A stretch of 64,000 nucleotides of DNA from Psammoneis japonica. Taxonomy: Eukaryota. The stretch lies in NCBI GenBank assembly GCA_008632985.1, contig QPGO01000131.1:124001-188000 (forward strand), read 5' to 3'. The position numbers and the translations under genes were made by a program. The notes beneath the pieces are model-generated. The model worked only from the letters and a program-made list of their open reading frames with translations, was not told where the DNA came from and did not search any database. Below, piece after piece: positions 37,640 through 49,466 of this stretch; position 1 is the first letter of the stretch, and every line of letters starts with the position of its first letter.

Positions 37640-39160
37640 CTATTTTGATTCTGTCCATGCGATGTCAATCGGTGACGAGAAGTTCACATCCGAAAGCGCC
37701 CCTTGCGACTTCTTCTTTTTCAGCCCGAACATAGATAATACGTTGCCGACATTCTGAACAAAGACAATGCCGACCAAAGTCACTATCGCTGCGGTTCCTG
37801 CGATCTTCTTCGCCTTTTGAAATCGATCAGGACCGTAGCCTTCAACGTACCAATTCCAAGGCATACCTTCGGCCGGTCTTTGGATTCTCTTTTCCGCAAC
37901 CACCTCGGCAATTCCGGGTTTCATTCTATTCACTTCATAGCGATGATATCTAAGTTCTTTTCGTAAGATTCGACGTAGCGAATCGTCAATTTCGTCAGGC
38001 ACTCTAGAGGGTGGTTCGGCGGCGGCTTCCTTTTCTGGCTCCTCTTTTCCCGTCTGATCAGCTTCACTGGTCCGGACGGGATTGATTCCATTCGATTCCC
38101 GAACGGTTGGCGCTGATGCTGCAGGAGAATTCGCTTGAACAGCTTCAGGTTGCCGTTCTTCGTGTATTGTATAAGAATCACCGTAGCCTCCAGCAGTTGT
38201 TTCCCCCTCATCTTCTGCATCAGCAAGCTCCATCCGGTCCACAAATGCAGTGCTATCATCGTCCGTACTGTGCTGGGTCATTGCTATAACTTCTTCATCT
38301 TCAGCAGAGACAAAGACAGAACCACTTTCAACTTTTGTGACGTCTATCGAAGGATCTAGTCTCGCATCAGGCTCTTCGGGATATATCTCTGAGGGGCTGC
38401 TTCCTTCGTCGTCCTCCGAAGGCTCTACTTCATTGACGCTTTCCGCATTATCAGGCTGAGCGATCTCTGAAACAAACTCATCCATCTCTAAATTTTCTAC
38501 AACTTGTTGCGGTGAGCTAGATCTCGATACCTCGACTTCTGCAAAGGGAACGTCTTCGTCGTTTCTCTCTTCAGCGGAATCTTCTTCGTCGCTAAGGTCA
38601 ATGAAACTTTCCTCTGAAACTGCATCAGAGTCATCATCTGACTCTTCAAGAGTGGCGCCACTACTCAGATCTACATTGACGCTTTCTTTATTTTCTTCTT
38701 CTGAACCTTCTTCGAACCACGACTCTGCATCTACCTCATGCTGACGCCTATTCACCGGTTCTTGCCAATCGTCCTCGTCTTCCTCACTTTCTCGCGTTGC
38801 GTCAAAAGACTCAGATTCATCATCCTCTTGTTCTTCTTCACTCCCAACGCACATGGCTTCATCTTTATCGTCCAATTCCTCTGTGTCGACTGTTTCTTCC
38901 CCTTCCATGCTTGTTGTATTTATGTCACTCATTTGTTCGCTGCCGCCTCTTGGCGGGAAATGCATTTCAGAGACGAACATATCCTTCTTTGCAATCAAGA
39001 ATGGTCTTGGACGTGGAAGCCAAGAAGAGATGCTCGGATGTGAAGATGCCAATATTCTGGTTGAACTTAAAAGTAGAGTCCCTGCAATCATTATAAACGC
39101 AACAGGCAGAGACGTGGGCCATCTGGAACAACAAGTTCCACGTGATTTTGCGTTTGCCAT
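37640..39160 (-). CDS. Hypothetical acidic protein with signal-like segment, RGG motif and C-terminal hydrophobic helix
   Basis: Long open frame, Asp/Glu-rich, normal dinucleotide content; start codon uncertain. Confidence 0.7.
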   Translation of the reverse strand: MANAKSRGTCCSRWPTSLPVAFIMIAGTLLLSSTRILASSHPSISSWLPRPRPFLIAKKDMFVSEMHFPPRGGSEQMSDINTTSMEGEETVDTEELDDKDEAMCVGSEEEQEDDESESFDATRESEEDEDDWQEPVNRRQHEVDAESWFEEGSEEENKESVNVDLSSGATLEESDDDSDAVSEESFIDLSDEEDSAEERNDEDVPFAEVEVSRSSSPQQVVENLEMDEFVSEIAQPDNAESVNEVEPSEDDEGSSPSEIYPEEPDARLDPSIDVTKVESGSVFVSAEDEEVIAMTQHSTDDDSTAFVDRMELADAEDEGETTAGGYGDSYTIHEERQPEAVQANSPAASAPTVRESNGINPVRTSEADQTGKEEPEKEAAAEPPSRVPDEIDDSLRRILRKELRYHRYEVNRMKPGIAEVVAEKRIQRPAEGMPWNWYVEGYGPDRFQKAKKIAGTAAIVTLVGIVFVQNVGNVLSMFGLKKKKSQGALSDVNFSSPIDIAWTESK

Positions 39161-40004
39161 TCTTGTATGGAGAAAAAAATTCTGACACCTATCGAAAAGA
39201 AGAGAATGAAAACACTGTTTACCAAAAGTAAACCCTAGGAGTCCACGACGAACACAATCATTTAGCACGCTGCAGTCTAATCAGCGGCATGCAGTCGGCG
39301 GGAAGTCAACGACATATACTCACTCACCATGTTGATCATCATCCACAACGCCTCCCGCCGGCCCTCCGCCTCCCGCTCCCGCGCCGCACGATGCGCGCGT
39401 TTTAGCCGTCTGTGACGTACGGTACTTACGTGATTTTCAACGTAGACAGCAGTACCGACTGTCCGACACCCGTCATTGAATGCGCCTTCAGCCAAAGTCA
39501 CAAGAATGAATTTTGATTCATTCACGAGTTGCACATCGCGTACGTCAGCAATCCCAACACACGACACACGTTTGGTGGCGCCACGAGTGATGACCAAGCA
39601 TCTTGAAGCGTGCTGGGTCATGTTGTGGTGGTGGCTCAAGACTTGCTCAGCGCGTTCACTTTTTGCACCTTCTGCTCACTCATTGAGGGCCTAATACGTG
39701 GGCTACATTTTGTACGTGGGTACGTGTCCATCGGATCACAATCTACGTGTCGTGACATCATAGTCACTACTGAAAGTCGGCTGACACTGTTATAGCAACC
39801 AACTGCTCATAATATCGACAAGCATCGTTGAACGCAAAGGTGTGTTGAAACTATCTTCCGACTTGCGATGGCAAAGCTGTTGCGAGTGGGTCGCTGTTGT
39901 TCTGGAATCGGCAACTAGGAATAAAAATGGAGCGGTCGCCTTGTGTTTTTGCGTGCTGACACTTTTCTCTGCGTTCTTTACTTGACTGCAGGTTAAATCT
40001 TGCG

Positions 40005-41983
40005 ATGTGCACTAATCCGCAGCTAAAGTCCAAGGGACAACTAAAGAAGCCTTCACAGCGAAGGAGCAAGTCATCAAGACGCCACGTAGCAAAACCCAAC
40101 ATTCAATCGATAGGAGCGAATGGGTAGACTTCGCGGCTTTCCTTGTTCCGGCTCTCTTTTGTGGGGTGACTAATGTCGTCCCGATATATCTGACCGCCGT
40201 AGCTCGTATGCTTGCGGCCCACACTTTTCTGACGCTTCACTACATCTTCGTCGACAAAGACAACTACAACATGAAGCTTAGCGAGCGACAGCTGAAACGA
40301 GAGAAGAAGGATTACCTCGTCGGACCAATCTTGCATATGTGGGCGCAAGTCGTTCTTCAGCTCATCTTCCCAAGTATGTTTTTCACGAGTAACGATCAAA
40401 TTGCGAACTGTGGGTGGAACACCTTCCTTGCCCACGTTGCCATCGTCGAGCCGCTCTACTACTTCGCTCACGTCTGGCTTCACAAGCCTGAAGTAATGAA
40501 AGTGATGCACAGCTTTCATCATATGTCTGTGAAGACTCTTCCTTCCACATCTTTGGTACAAGACTTTAAGGAACACTTCATCTACATTGCCACTTTTGGC
40601 CCAGCCTTTCTCGTTCCCTTTCTCGTCACGGGGCAGAATCATTGGGTGGTGATCTGCTTATACTTGGTTCTATTCGACGTTATCAACGCCTATGGACACA
40701 CAAATATCTCCATCAACAACTGGGTTTTCGAGAGCAAGTGGTCGCCTATGCGTTACCTCTTCTACACGCCCGAGTTTCACCTTGGACATCACAAATACTA
40801 CAACAACAATTTTGGTCTTTTCATGCCAATCTTTGATCACATGTTCGGCACTTACAGAGAATACAAGATCCCCGGCCCATCCAAACAAGCCTTGCTCCCG
40901 AGCGAACAGCAGAACTTTGTCTTTATTGGGCACAACGGTGGACTCGGTCACCTAATGACTTGTCCCGAGTGGTCAGTTTACAACGTTTACGACCAGTACC
41001 GCAGGACGTGGCTGCCCATTCAAGTTGAGTTTCTCCTTGTTGCGGCTGTCAGTGCAGTTGCGCGTTTGTTTGCCAAGTCCTACAAGGTTTCGCGCTACTT
41101 GGTCAACGAGATGTACATTGGTCGCATCATTTGCGTGCTTCGTACCCCCATTGACTACATCAACCCAAAGCGTTATGACGCTGTCAACAAGGACATTGTG
41201 AAGCTTATCGAGAACGAGCACAAGGCATGCGGTACCCGCTACTTCGGTCTGGGGAACCTTAACAAGATGAAGCAGCTCAACGACGGCGGAACCGAAGTAG
41301 TACGCCTTGTGAAGGAAAACGAATACCTCAAAGATAAGAACATCCGGATCTGGACCGGAGACACAATGACTGCGGCTTCCATCTATCATCAGATCGCTAG
41401 CATTCCCAACCTGAAGAAGATTTTTTACATTGGGGCAAGCGGAAAGATTGGAAAGGCTGTGGTGCAGCTTTTGGTTGAGAAGGATATCGAAGTTATGATC
41501 TACTCCAGGTATATGAGCACGGTTCACCCAAACATCAAGTACACTCAAGATCTCAGTGACATGGCGGGGTACAAGCACGTGATTATCGGAAAGCTGTTGA
41601 GTCCCAAGGTCTACCAGAAAGCGGTCAGCACCATTCGTAACAACAAGGCACAGTCTGAAACCAAGTACCTTCTTGACTACACGGTTCCTTTCATCCCATT
41701 GAATCTTGGTAAAGACATTCATCACATACAAATCGGTGTGTTGAGCGTTGGCGCCAAGAAGAACTCCACCAAGCCGTTGCTGCGAGGACATTTCGATGTG
41801 TGCATGGGCCACAATGAGAATCAAATCTACCCTTGCCATGCAGGTTGCATTGTGAACATGATGGAGCAGAGGGAAACGGATGAGATCGGCGAAATCAACG
41901 TGGACGACATGTTGAGACTATGGGAGGTGGCAAAAAGCTACGGACTCAAGAACAGAACACCCGAAATCGCCATTGAAGGGTGA
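40005..41983 (+). CDS. CER1/CER3 (WAX2)-like protein: fatty-acid hydroxylase domain plus C-terminal SDR-like domain; intronless
   Basis: His boxes HVWLH, HSFHH, HLGHH; N.YGH.N; GL.MP.FD..FGT; LGNLNK..QLN.GG; GDTMTAA; GASGKIG; CHAG. Frame is open from 40016; the ATG at 40005 needs one restored base. Confidence 0.88.
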
Positions 41984-42929
41984 GCTACTTCTTCACAGCC
42001 AACGCCAAGCACACTCCTGTTACGCTTAGTCAGGAAAGACATCACAAATTTTCAATAGAAACAAGGCCAGAAGAGAACGCTTCTTGCTACACGCAACTAA
42101 GTACACAGAAATACATTTGAGTAATAATAGCATAAAACCATTTATCATTTTCTACTGTCGTAGTTCAGAAGAGTAGAGAAAGAACGATATTTTGTTATCG
42201 TACTTAGACGAAAAGAACTCTCTCAGCCCCGCTACCAGTACAAACTCTGATTAGCATGTTCCCCCGCGGTAAAAATCATCTAGTGCACAAGCTAATGTAG
42301 ACTCAAACTATTAATCTCTACTTACAGCCTAGAGAGAGAGAGAGAGAAGGAGTGCTCTAGAGAACGCATCTGCACGCCATCAGGCATGAACATAGTGACG
42401 AAGGTAGGTCTGCGCAGATGTCTACCGTACCTACCTAGAGTTGATTCATGCTCCACTCAGAAATCTTTATGCAGCAGGGAGTGCCAGGTACAAGTAGAGG
42501 ATTGGCGGCGGCTGCTGCGGATTTCAAGCTTTCGGATGTTGCTGAGTGAGCCACTCTAGCAACACCAGGAAAGACTCAACGAAGGGTGGTCACAAGAAGA
42601 AATGCGAACCTGTGGTTTGATGACCAACGAGGTTAAAGATCAACGATGGACTGAAGTTGCCACCGTCGCGAGCTGCTTATATAGGTTTTGTGGATTCTCT
42701 TCGTCTATGATAAAACATTTAAGCTAGTGGAGTAAAGGTTTTTTCGTTGAGTACGAATAGGTGCCTACAGAAAATGCTTTTCTTCACCTCGGAGCCGCAA
42801 GACCATGACAGGCGTGCATCTAGCTCTAGTAGAGAGTGACAAAGAGTTTTGGCTTCAAGACATGCTGCGGTAGGGCGAAGAACTCAAGAAATCATACTTT
42901 AGAGATAACTGCTGCACTTAAATCGAGTC

Positions 42930-43140
42930 CACTACTCTAGAGTAGGCCCTCTCTACTCTCTAGAGTAGAGCTCTCTAAGCTACTTTCTACTCTAGCTAGT
43001 AGAGCTCTACTCTAGAGCTACCGGTAGTATCTACTCTCTACTCTAGAGCTAGAGTAGAGAGTGGAGTACCGGTGGAGAGTACTACATACAGCTAGCTAGA
43101 GAGCGGTACCGGGCGGTAGATAGAGAATACCGGTATGAGA
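42930..43140. repeat. TA-rich palindromic low-complexity tract
   Basis: Concatenated TACTCTA, TAGAGTA, TAGCTA, TACCGGTA, CTCTAGAG. Confidence 0.85.
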
Positions 43141-43459
43141 AAGAGTATTGTAGAGTGCGACAAGACACGACACACGGCAAGACGATGACACCAGCATTCG
43201 CTCGGAAATTATCTCAACCAATCAAAACGCTCTAAACCACTGTGTGCGAACAGCGAACTCTTCCAAAAAAAGGCGGGAAAAGCAGCCACGACAAGATGTC
43301 TCGTGTTCTTCACGGGCGGGGTGTGAATAACTGTTACACGCATTCCCAAGATCCGAGGAAGACACAACAGGTGTCACCAGTGCGAACGCATTCTCCCATT
43401 TCAGGAGCTCTTCACAGATCGCATCACGTTCCACAAGTTGATCGGGAACGAAATGAACC

Positions 43460-45105
43460 ATGAGGAATATCTTCTGCTGGTTCACCATGGCGTTTCTGCC
43501 TCTTTTCGGACTTGTAGTCCTCAATTCGTTTGCCAATGCTGAATTGCACTTTAGCAGCGTCACGAACAATGACGCAGTGCAAAGCTCGTTTCTCTTCTTC
43601 TATGGGGAATGTCTTTGATTCTTTACTTGATCTGGAACTCCATCAGGCCGCATGATATTCCTGCGTCAAAAGTACCTGGTCCTCCTCGGACTCCTGTTGT
43701 GGGTTGCCTTCCGTATGTGCTGGAACGGTGGACGACCTGGCCAACGCATGTCTTGGAATTGTCGGAAAAATACAACCGTACTTGGTGCTGTCCTGTACCC
43801 AACATTGGCGGATTAGGTGGAGCAGCGTTCTTTCTTGTTGATGAGAAATGTGTTCGTCACGTTCTTCAAGATGCCTTCGATACTTATGAAAAGGGTGAAA
43901 GCTTCAGGAGCTGTCTATCTGATTTTCTCGGCAATGGCATTTTCGCAGCCGATGGCGAACCGTGGAGAATCCATAGGAAGCTAGCGTCCCATTACTTTTC
44001 TCGAAACCTCTTGCGAGAATCGAGCGAGATCAGCAAGGCGAAGCTACGCCAAATAATCACTCTTCTGAACGACCGGGCCCAAGACAAGACCAACAACACG
44101 ATTGACATGCAAGACCTGTTCTACAGAATGACTATTGACATAATCTCTTCCATTGCCTTTGGTGTAGAGTTGGACAGTATCCGACGCGAAAGCCAGCACC
44201 CCTTTACCATGGCTTTGATCAAGCGCAGAAGCTCTGCCATGACCGCTTTGTTGATCCCACCTTTCGAGTCAAGCGCTACTTCCAGCTATCTCAAGCAGAG
44301 AGAAACATCACTGCGTGTCTAAGACTCTAAATGATTTCACAGAACGCATGATTCAAGAAAAGCGTCGTACGAGCGAAGAAGGTGGCAAGCTTGGTCCAGA
44401 CCTTATCAGCCGCTATCTGGAAGCATCGAAAAAGAGCGGGGATGTCCCACCGACCAGTAAGGAACTCCATGACGTGATTATGAATTTCGTTATCGCTGGA
44501 CGGGACACGACAGCGTGTGCTCTGTCCTGGACCTTTTATGAGTTGTCCAAAACACCTCGAGTTGTGGATAGAATTGTGGAAGAAGTGAATGCCGTTTGTG
44601 GGGAAGGCGAAGATGCAGAATACACGTACGAGAAGATGAACAAGCTTCCGTATACACACGCCGTTGTCATGGAAGCCCTTCGCTTACATCCCAGTGTTCC
44701 AGGAGATGCCAAGTACGCCGTCAAGGATGATATACTTCCCGATGGAACGTTCATTCCAAAAGGGAGCATGGTGAACTACTATCCATACTATTTTGGTCGA
44801 AGCGAGCGCATCTGGGGACCAGACGCATCAGAGTTTCGGCCAGAGCGGTTCCTGAACGCTACGGAGCCATCACCGTGCATGCTTCCGTCTTTAACGCGGG
44901 ATACAGGCTATGTCTCGGTAAGCCGCTGGCCATTATGAACATGAAGTTGACGTTGGCACACCTACTGCCCAGGTTTGAGTTTGTGGATGCCGACAACCAC
45001 TCGGGTTCTTACGTTTGGACTCTGGTAATGTCCATGGACGGCGGGTTTCCTGTGCAAGTTAGGACTAGGTTTGAAGTGATAGTAGAACAAGTTACTGTAG
45101 GGTAG
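43460..45105 (+). CDS. Cytochrome P450, CYP86 clan (CYP704/CYP94-like); four apparent 1-bp deletions
   Basis: DFLG.GIFAADGE.W..HRK, I-helix AGRDTT, EALRL.P.VP, PERF, heme motif FNAGYRLCLG; frameshifts near 43605, 44215, 44315, 44885. Confidence 0.88.
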
Positions 45106-45319
45106 GATGCATGCGATGACACTACAGTATTGTAGCATCAAGTTTTAGTCGAAGTATTCAGTTAGAAATGACGTGTCATATTGCGGAGGTACGTACGTAT
45201 CTACGTGGTACAAACTACGCATTCGATCGTGGCGCGATGACCACCACACAAAATCAGCATCACCTCAAACTTTGCAGATGACTTCGTGTTGATTTATTAA
45301 AACTAACACAAAGATAAAC

Positions 45320-47632
45320 ATGGCAATGCTGGAACCTCCCCAGGACGTGTTGAAGCTTCTCAGGGAAGCCCTTGGACGTGAGGAGCAACCGGAAGAAAAT
45401 CAGAACGACGACGGATCGGAGGAAATTCTCGCCTATGTTTCATTTCTCGCTTCGTCTTTGGCTGATGCCAAAGAATACGATCAGTCCGTATGGAACGATA
45501 CACTCCATCCTTATCTAACCATGTTGGAAGATTATGAGACGAAGGATGAATCGCCCGAGGAGCGCTTTCTTGCTCTCGTCAAGAAGAACCAAGGTGATGA
45601 TGACGATGCTGATTCATACGGCGAGGATGATTCTGGGGAAGAAATCTGCAACATTCGCTTCAACCTGGCTTATGGAGGAAAGATCCTACTCCATAACACC
45701 AAGCTTCACCTTCGTCGTGGACATCGTTACGGGCTTGTAGGTCAGAATGGTGCGGGTAAAACGACGCTCATGACCGCCATTAACAATGGAAAGCTCGACG
45801 GTTGGCCCACGGAGTTGACGTCGGCGTATGTGGACTCGGGAAGTAACGTAGACCCCGTATACGAGGCGAATATTGTATTGCCTCATCTCCAAGAGAGTAC
45901 CAATAAATCACTTGAGGAATGTGTCAAAATGTTGGAGAGTCTGAAGTTCACAAAGGCCATGATGGACGGGACCATTGGAGAACTGTCTGGAGGTTGGCAG
46001 ATGAAACTCCGTCTCGTTCGAGCTGTGTTGTTGGATGCCGATATTCTTTTGCTTGACGAACCAACCAATCATTTAGATGCTGGTACCGTCACGTGGCTGC
46101 TAGATTACTTATGTGGGCTGGATGGGACAACTGTGATCTGCGTCTCCCACGACACGGCATTTATGAATCAGCTTTGCTCGGATATCATTCACTACGAACA
46201 GAGGGACGTCTGGGGCCCTCATCGTAAGCTCGTGCATTATCATGGATCAATGGCTGCCTTTGTCGAACGTCAACCACAGGCTAAGCACTACTTTGAGCTA
46301 GCTACAACTGATACGCTCAAATTCAAATTCCCCGACCCAGGTCGATTGGAGGGAGTCAAGACATCGACCCAGAAGTTCTTGGAGATGGACAATGTCAGCT
46401 TTCGCTACCCCGGTAATGACAAGGATACATTGACCGCGGTTAATCTTAAGATGACTCTATCATCTCGAGTGGCAATATTGGGAGCGAACGGTGCCGGTAA
46501 GTTCTATGTCGCGAAAATTTTATTCTCTTTGGTTCATACAATATTGTGTGTTTTCTTACAGACTTCTCGTTGTTTGGTCTCCAGGTAAAACGACTCTGGT
46601 AAAGATGATTGTCGGGGAGACCCAGCCAACCAACATGGGCGCATGCAAGTTCTTCTGTCACCACAACCTCCGTGTGGCCTATGTGGCGCAGCATTCGTTT
46701 CACCATGTTGAACAACACATTGAGGATAGTCCGGTATCCTACATTCAGTGGAGGTTCAAAGACGCTTATGACAGAGAAAAGATTGAGTCTGAGCGCTACC
46801 GCATTTCGGAAGAGGAACAGAAGGCGCTTGATGACTTTGGACTCGAGGACATTTGGAGTCGCCGCGTCCGAGCCGGAAAACTTGAGTACGAGGTAAAGAA
46901 GAAGAATGTTCCTGAAAAAGATAACAAGTACTACACCAAGGATGAGCTGCTTGCCTTGGGTTTTGTAGGGCTACTGAAACAATCAGATGAAAAGATTGCC
47001 GCCAGGGAAGCTGGACTTGACCTGCGCCCCGTCACTACGTCGGAATTCAAAGGCATTTGGATGACTTTGGTTTGGCACAAGAGTTTGGTACTTATGGAAA
47101 GATTCGCGGACTATCTGGAGGCCAAAAGGTCAAGTTGGTCTTGGCCGCTGCCATGTGGAATTGTCCACACCTGTTGGTTCTTGACGAACCAACAAACTAC
47201 CTTGATCGTGAGGCCCTAGGTGCTCTGTCAGCGGCGCTCAATGCATGGGGTGGGGCCGTCCTCATGATTTCTCACAATCGAGAATTTTACAGTTCGGTTT
47301 GTAGAGAAGAATGGATTGTTGCTGATGGCCAGGTTAAGATTGAAGGAATGTCAACGGAACGTGCCATGAAGGCCGTGGCAAAGAAGAAAAAGTACGAAAA
47401 GGAGTTGGGAACTGAGCAGGTTCTGGAAAAGGCTGGTGGCAACGTGAATGCTGACGGAGACAAGTACAAGGATGCAACCACAAACTTCTGGGGACAAACT
47501 GTTAGTAAAAAGGAAGTACGCCAGTATGACAAGGCGAGGAAGAAGGGAGATGTTGCTCTCATGCGCAAGATCTTGCAGATCCCCAAGGGGAAGGTTATGC
47601 CTGGCTACGAAGATCTTGGCGATGGTAATTGA
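45320..47632 (+). CDS. eEF3/New1-like ABC-F ATPase lacking the N-terminal HEAT region; 2 exons, one apparent frameshift near 47046
   Basis: LAYGGKILL, GQNGAGKTT, LSGGWQMK, QHSFHH.EQH...P..YIQWRF, chromo-like insert RR.....EYEV, IRGLSGGQKVKLVLAA, DEPTNYLDR; intron 46497-46584. Confidence 0.88.
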
Positions 47633-48509
47633 AGCTTTTATTATAGTGATTTTATCCTTTACATTGGGGTCTATGCCTGACAAAAGCTTGCTGTGCTAAG
47701 AGAAATGCGAGTGAACCACTGGACGACAGGACGATCGTAGTTCGCTTCTTTGCAACCAGCGCATCGTCTCGTTCATATCTGGCGACTGGTGTGATGACAA
47801 CTCATGCCATCGCTGGCGTAAAGGTGCAGCTAGGAGAAGAGTCCCGCTGGATGCCCCCGAACGACTGAAGATCTTGTACGAGTTGGCGGGACGGTATCCA
47901 GAAGGCAGACTGCTACGTTCTTCGAACGAACCATTACTAAGCACATAGTACGTAATCGTCTTGCGATGAGCCTCAAAGTTGGGATGACTCACAAACTCAA
48001 GCTTTGAGTAGGGCCGGAACCAGACGAAAAGTCAAGAAAGGCAAAACCTAGGGTCTGGGCGGTGCTTCCTGATTCCTGGTGGGTGTATTCGGTACGTGTA
48101 TGTTTAGATATATGACGACTAGCTGCGAGTAGTTGCGAGGACCTTTACAATAGTATACGGAAGAGAGTGTAATAGAGCTACTTTTGTCATGGTCCTCGAA
48201 ACGGAGATGTTTTCTAGGGAAGAATTGCGAGACGAAGTTTACCATCGTCATGGCTGCTTTTGTTCACTACACATGTGCATTTGAACAAAACGATTCAGCA
48301 GTCGGCTGAAAGAATGACTGTTTTCTACAATGATAGAGAGCGAAGAGAGACACCAGAATCAGCTCAGTTGTAACTAGTCTACGCCAGTTGGACTACCGCT
48401 ACATGGCACGCCTATCAGCCAAATACCTCCTCTGTTATAAAAAAAGCAGCTTCGCAAAGAATGTTCAAAGAAACAAATGCCGACCGGCAAAAGCACGCGG
48501 AACAACTTT

Positions 48510-49163
48510 TTAAAAAGGACCGACCGCCATTTCAGCAGCCTGACTAATGATGGGTATCTCGTTTGGCTTCTTCCCATTAAGGTTCGACCAGAAACTGTAG
48601 ACAATCATTGCAACATACGTGTACCACACAAAGTTGGCGCACGGCTCGACAATGTATCGTGGAATGGGTTGACCTTCGGCCGTGTTTGCAATCAGTTCAG
48701 GGAAAATCAAAGCAACATCGATAAGAGCTGCCTGTTGGGCATTGAAGCGAACGCCTTTGTTGATGTTTGTGGCGCCTCTGGTTCCCAGAGTTAACGCGAC
48801 AAAGAGAATGAGTCCCAAGAAAGGTACCGAGTGATAAATGTTGACAAGAGGACCGAGAAGGACATCGTTGACCGCACCCAGAGGAGGAATCCGCATATAG
48901 ATATATTTTCCAAACTGATCACCATCTAACATTGGAAGAATATAGGGAATACAAGCCTTGAATCTATCAGCGCCTCTGATCTCGTCATCATTACTCCACA
49001 TCCCGTGCAGTGTCGTGGTAGTCGTCGACGGAAGGACATTGTTCCTGACTTCTGCAGCAAATCCTGTTGGTTTCAACGATCCCGAAACAAACGCCGTTGC
49101 AAGGTTACAAGCGAGTGCAGCTATTATGACACAACAAAGGAAGGGTCGCGGCATCGTTGTCAT
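48510..49163 (-). CDS. TIC20: Tic20-family plastid import protein with bipartite presequence
   Basis: Signal peptide ending ATA-F; DR..AC.PY.LP.LDG..FG; VRFNAQQA.LID. Confidence 0.85.
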   Translation of the reverse strand: MTTMPRPFLCCVIIAALACNLATAFVSGSLKPTGFAAEVRNNVLPSTTTTTLHGMWSNDDEIRGADRFKACIPYILPMLDGDQFGKYIYMRIPPLGAVNDVLLGPLVNIYHSVPFLGLILFVALTLGTRGATNINKGVRFNAQQAALIDVALIFPELIANTAEGQPIPRYIVEPCANFVWYTYVAMIVYSFWSNLNGKKPNEIPIISQAAEMAVGPF

Positions 49164-49466
49164 GGTCAGAACGACGGCGGATTGAATCCCTTGATCGAAT
49201 GGAGAAAATTCCAAAATGTGAGGCCAGCTTGAACCTTCGTCGCTGCTGACGTCACAGATCGTCGCAAAGAATGTCGCGCGATCGTGGACGCGCATCCCTG
49301 TCATGATGAGCAACATAAATGTCTTAGTGAATGAACATTATGATGAGAAAGATACTCATCCAAAGAGGCGATGGAGCATGATGAGAGCCGCCGCTCCGTG
49401 CAGGTTCTTCTCTCTTTCTTTTGATATCCTTATATCCTGGCAGCGTGAAAAGTCGTGATTGGACTC

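Noticed and set aside
40973..41839. 288-aa minus-strand ORF
   Set aside because: Antisense shadow of the CER1/3-like gene
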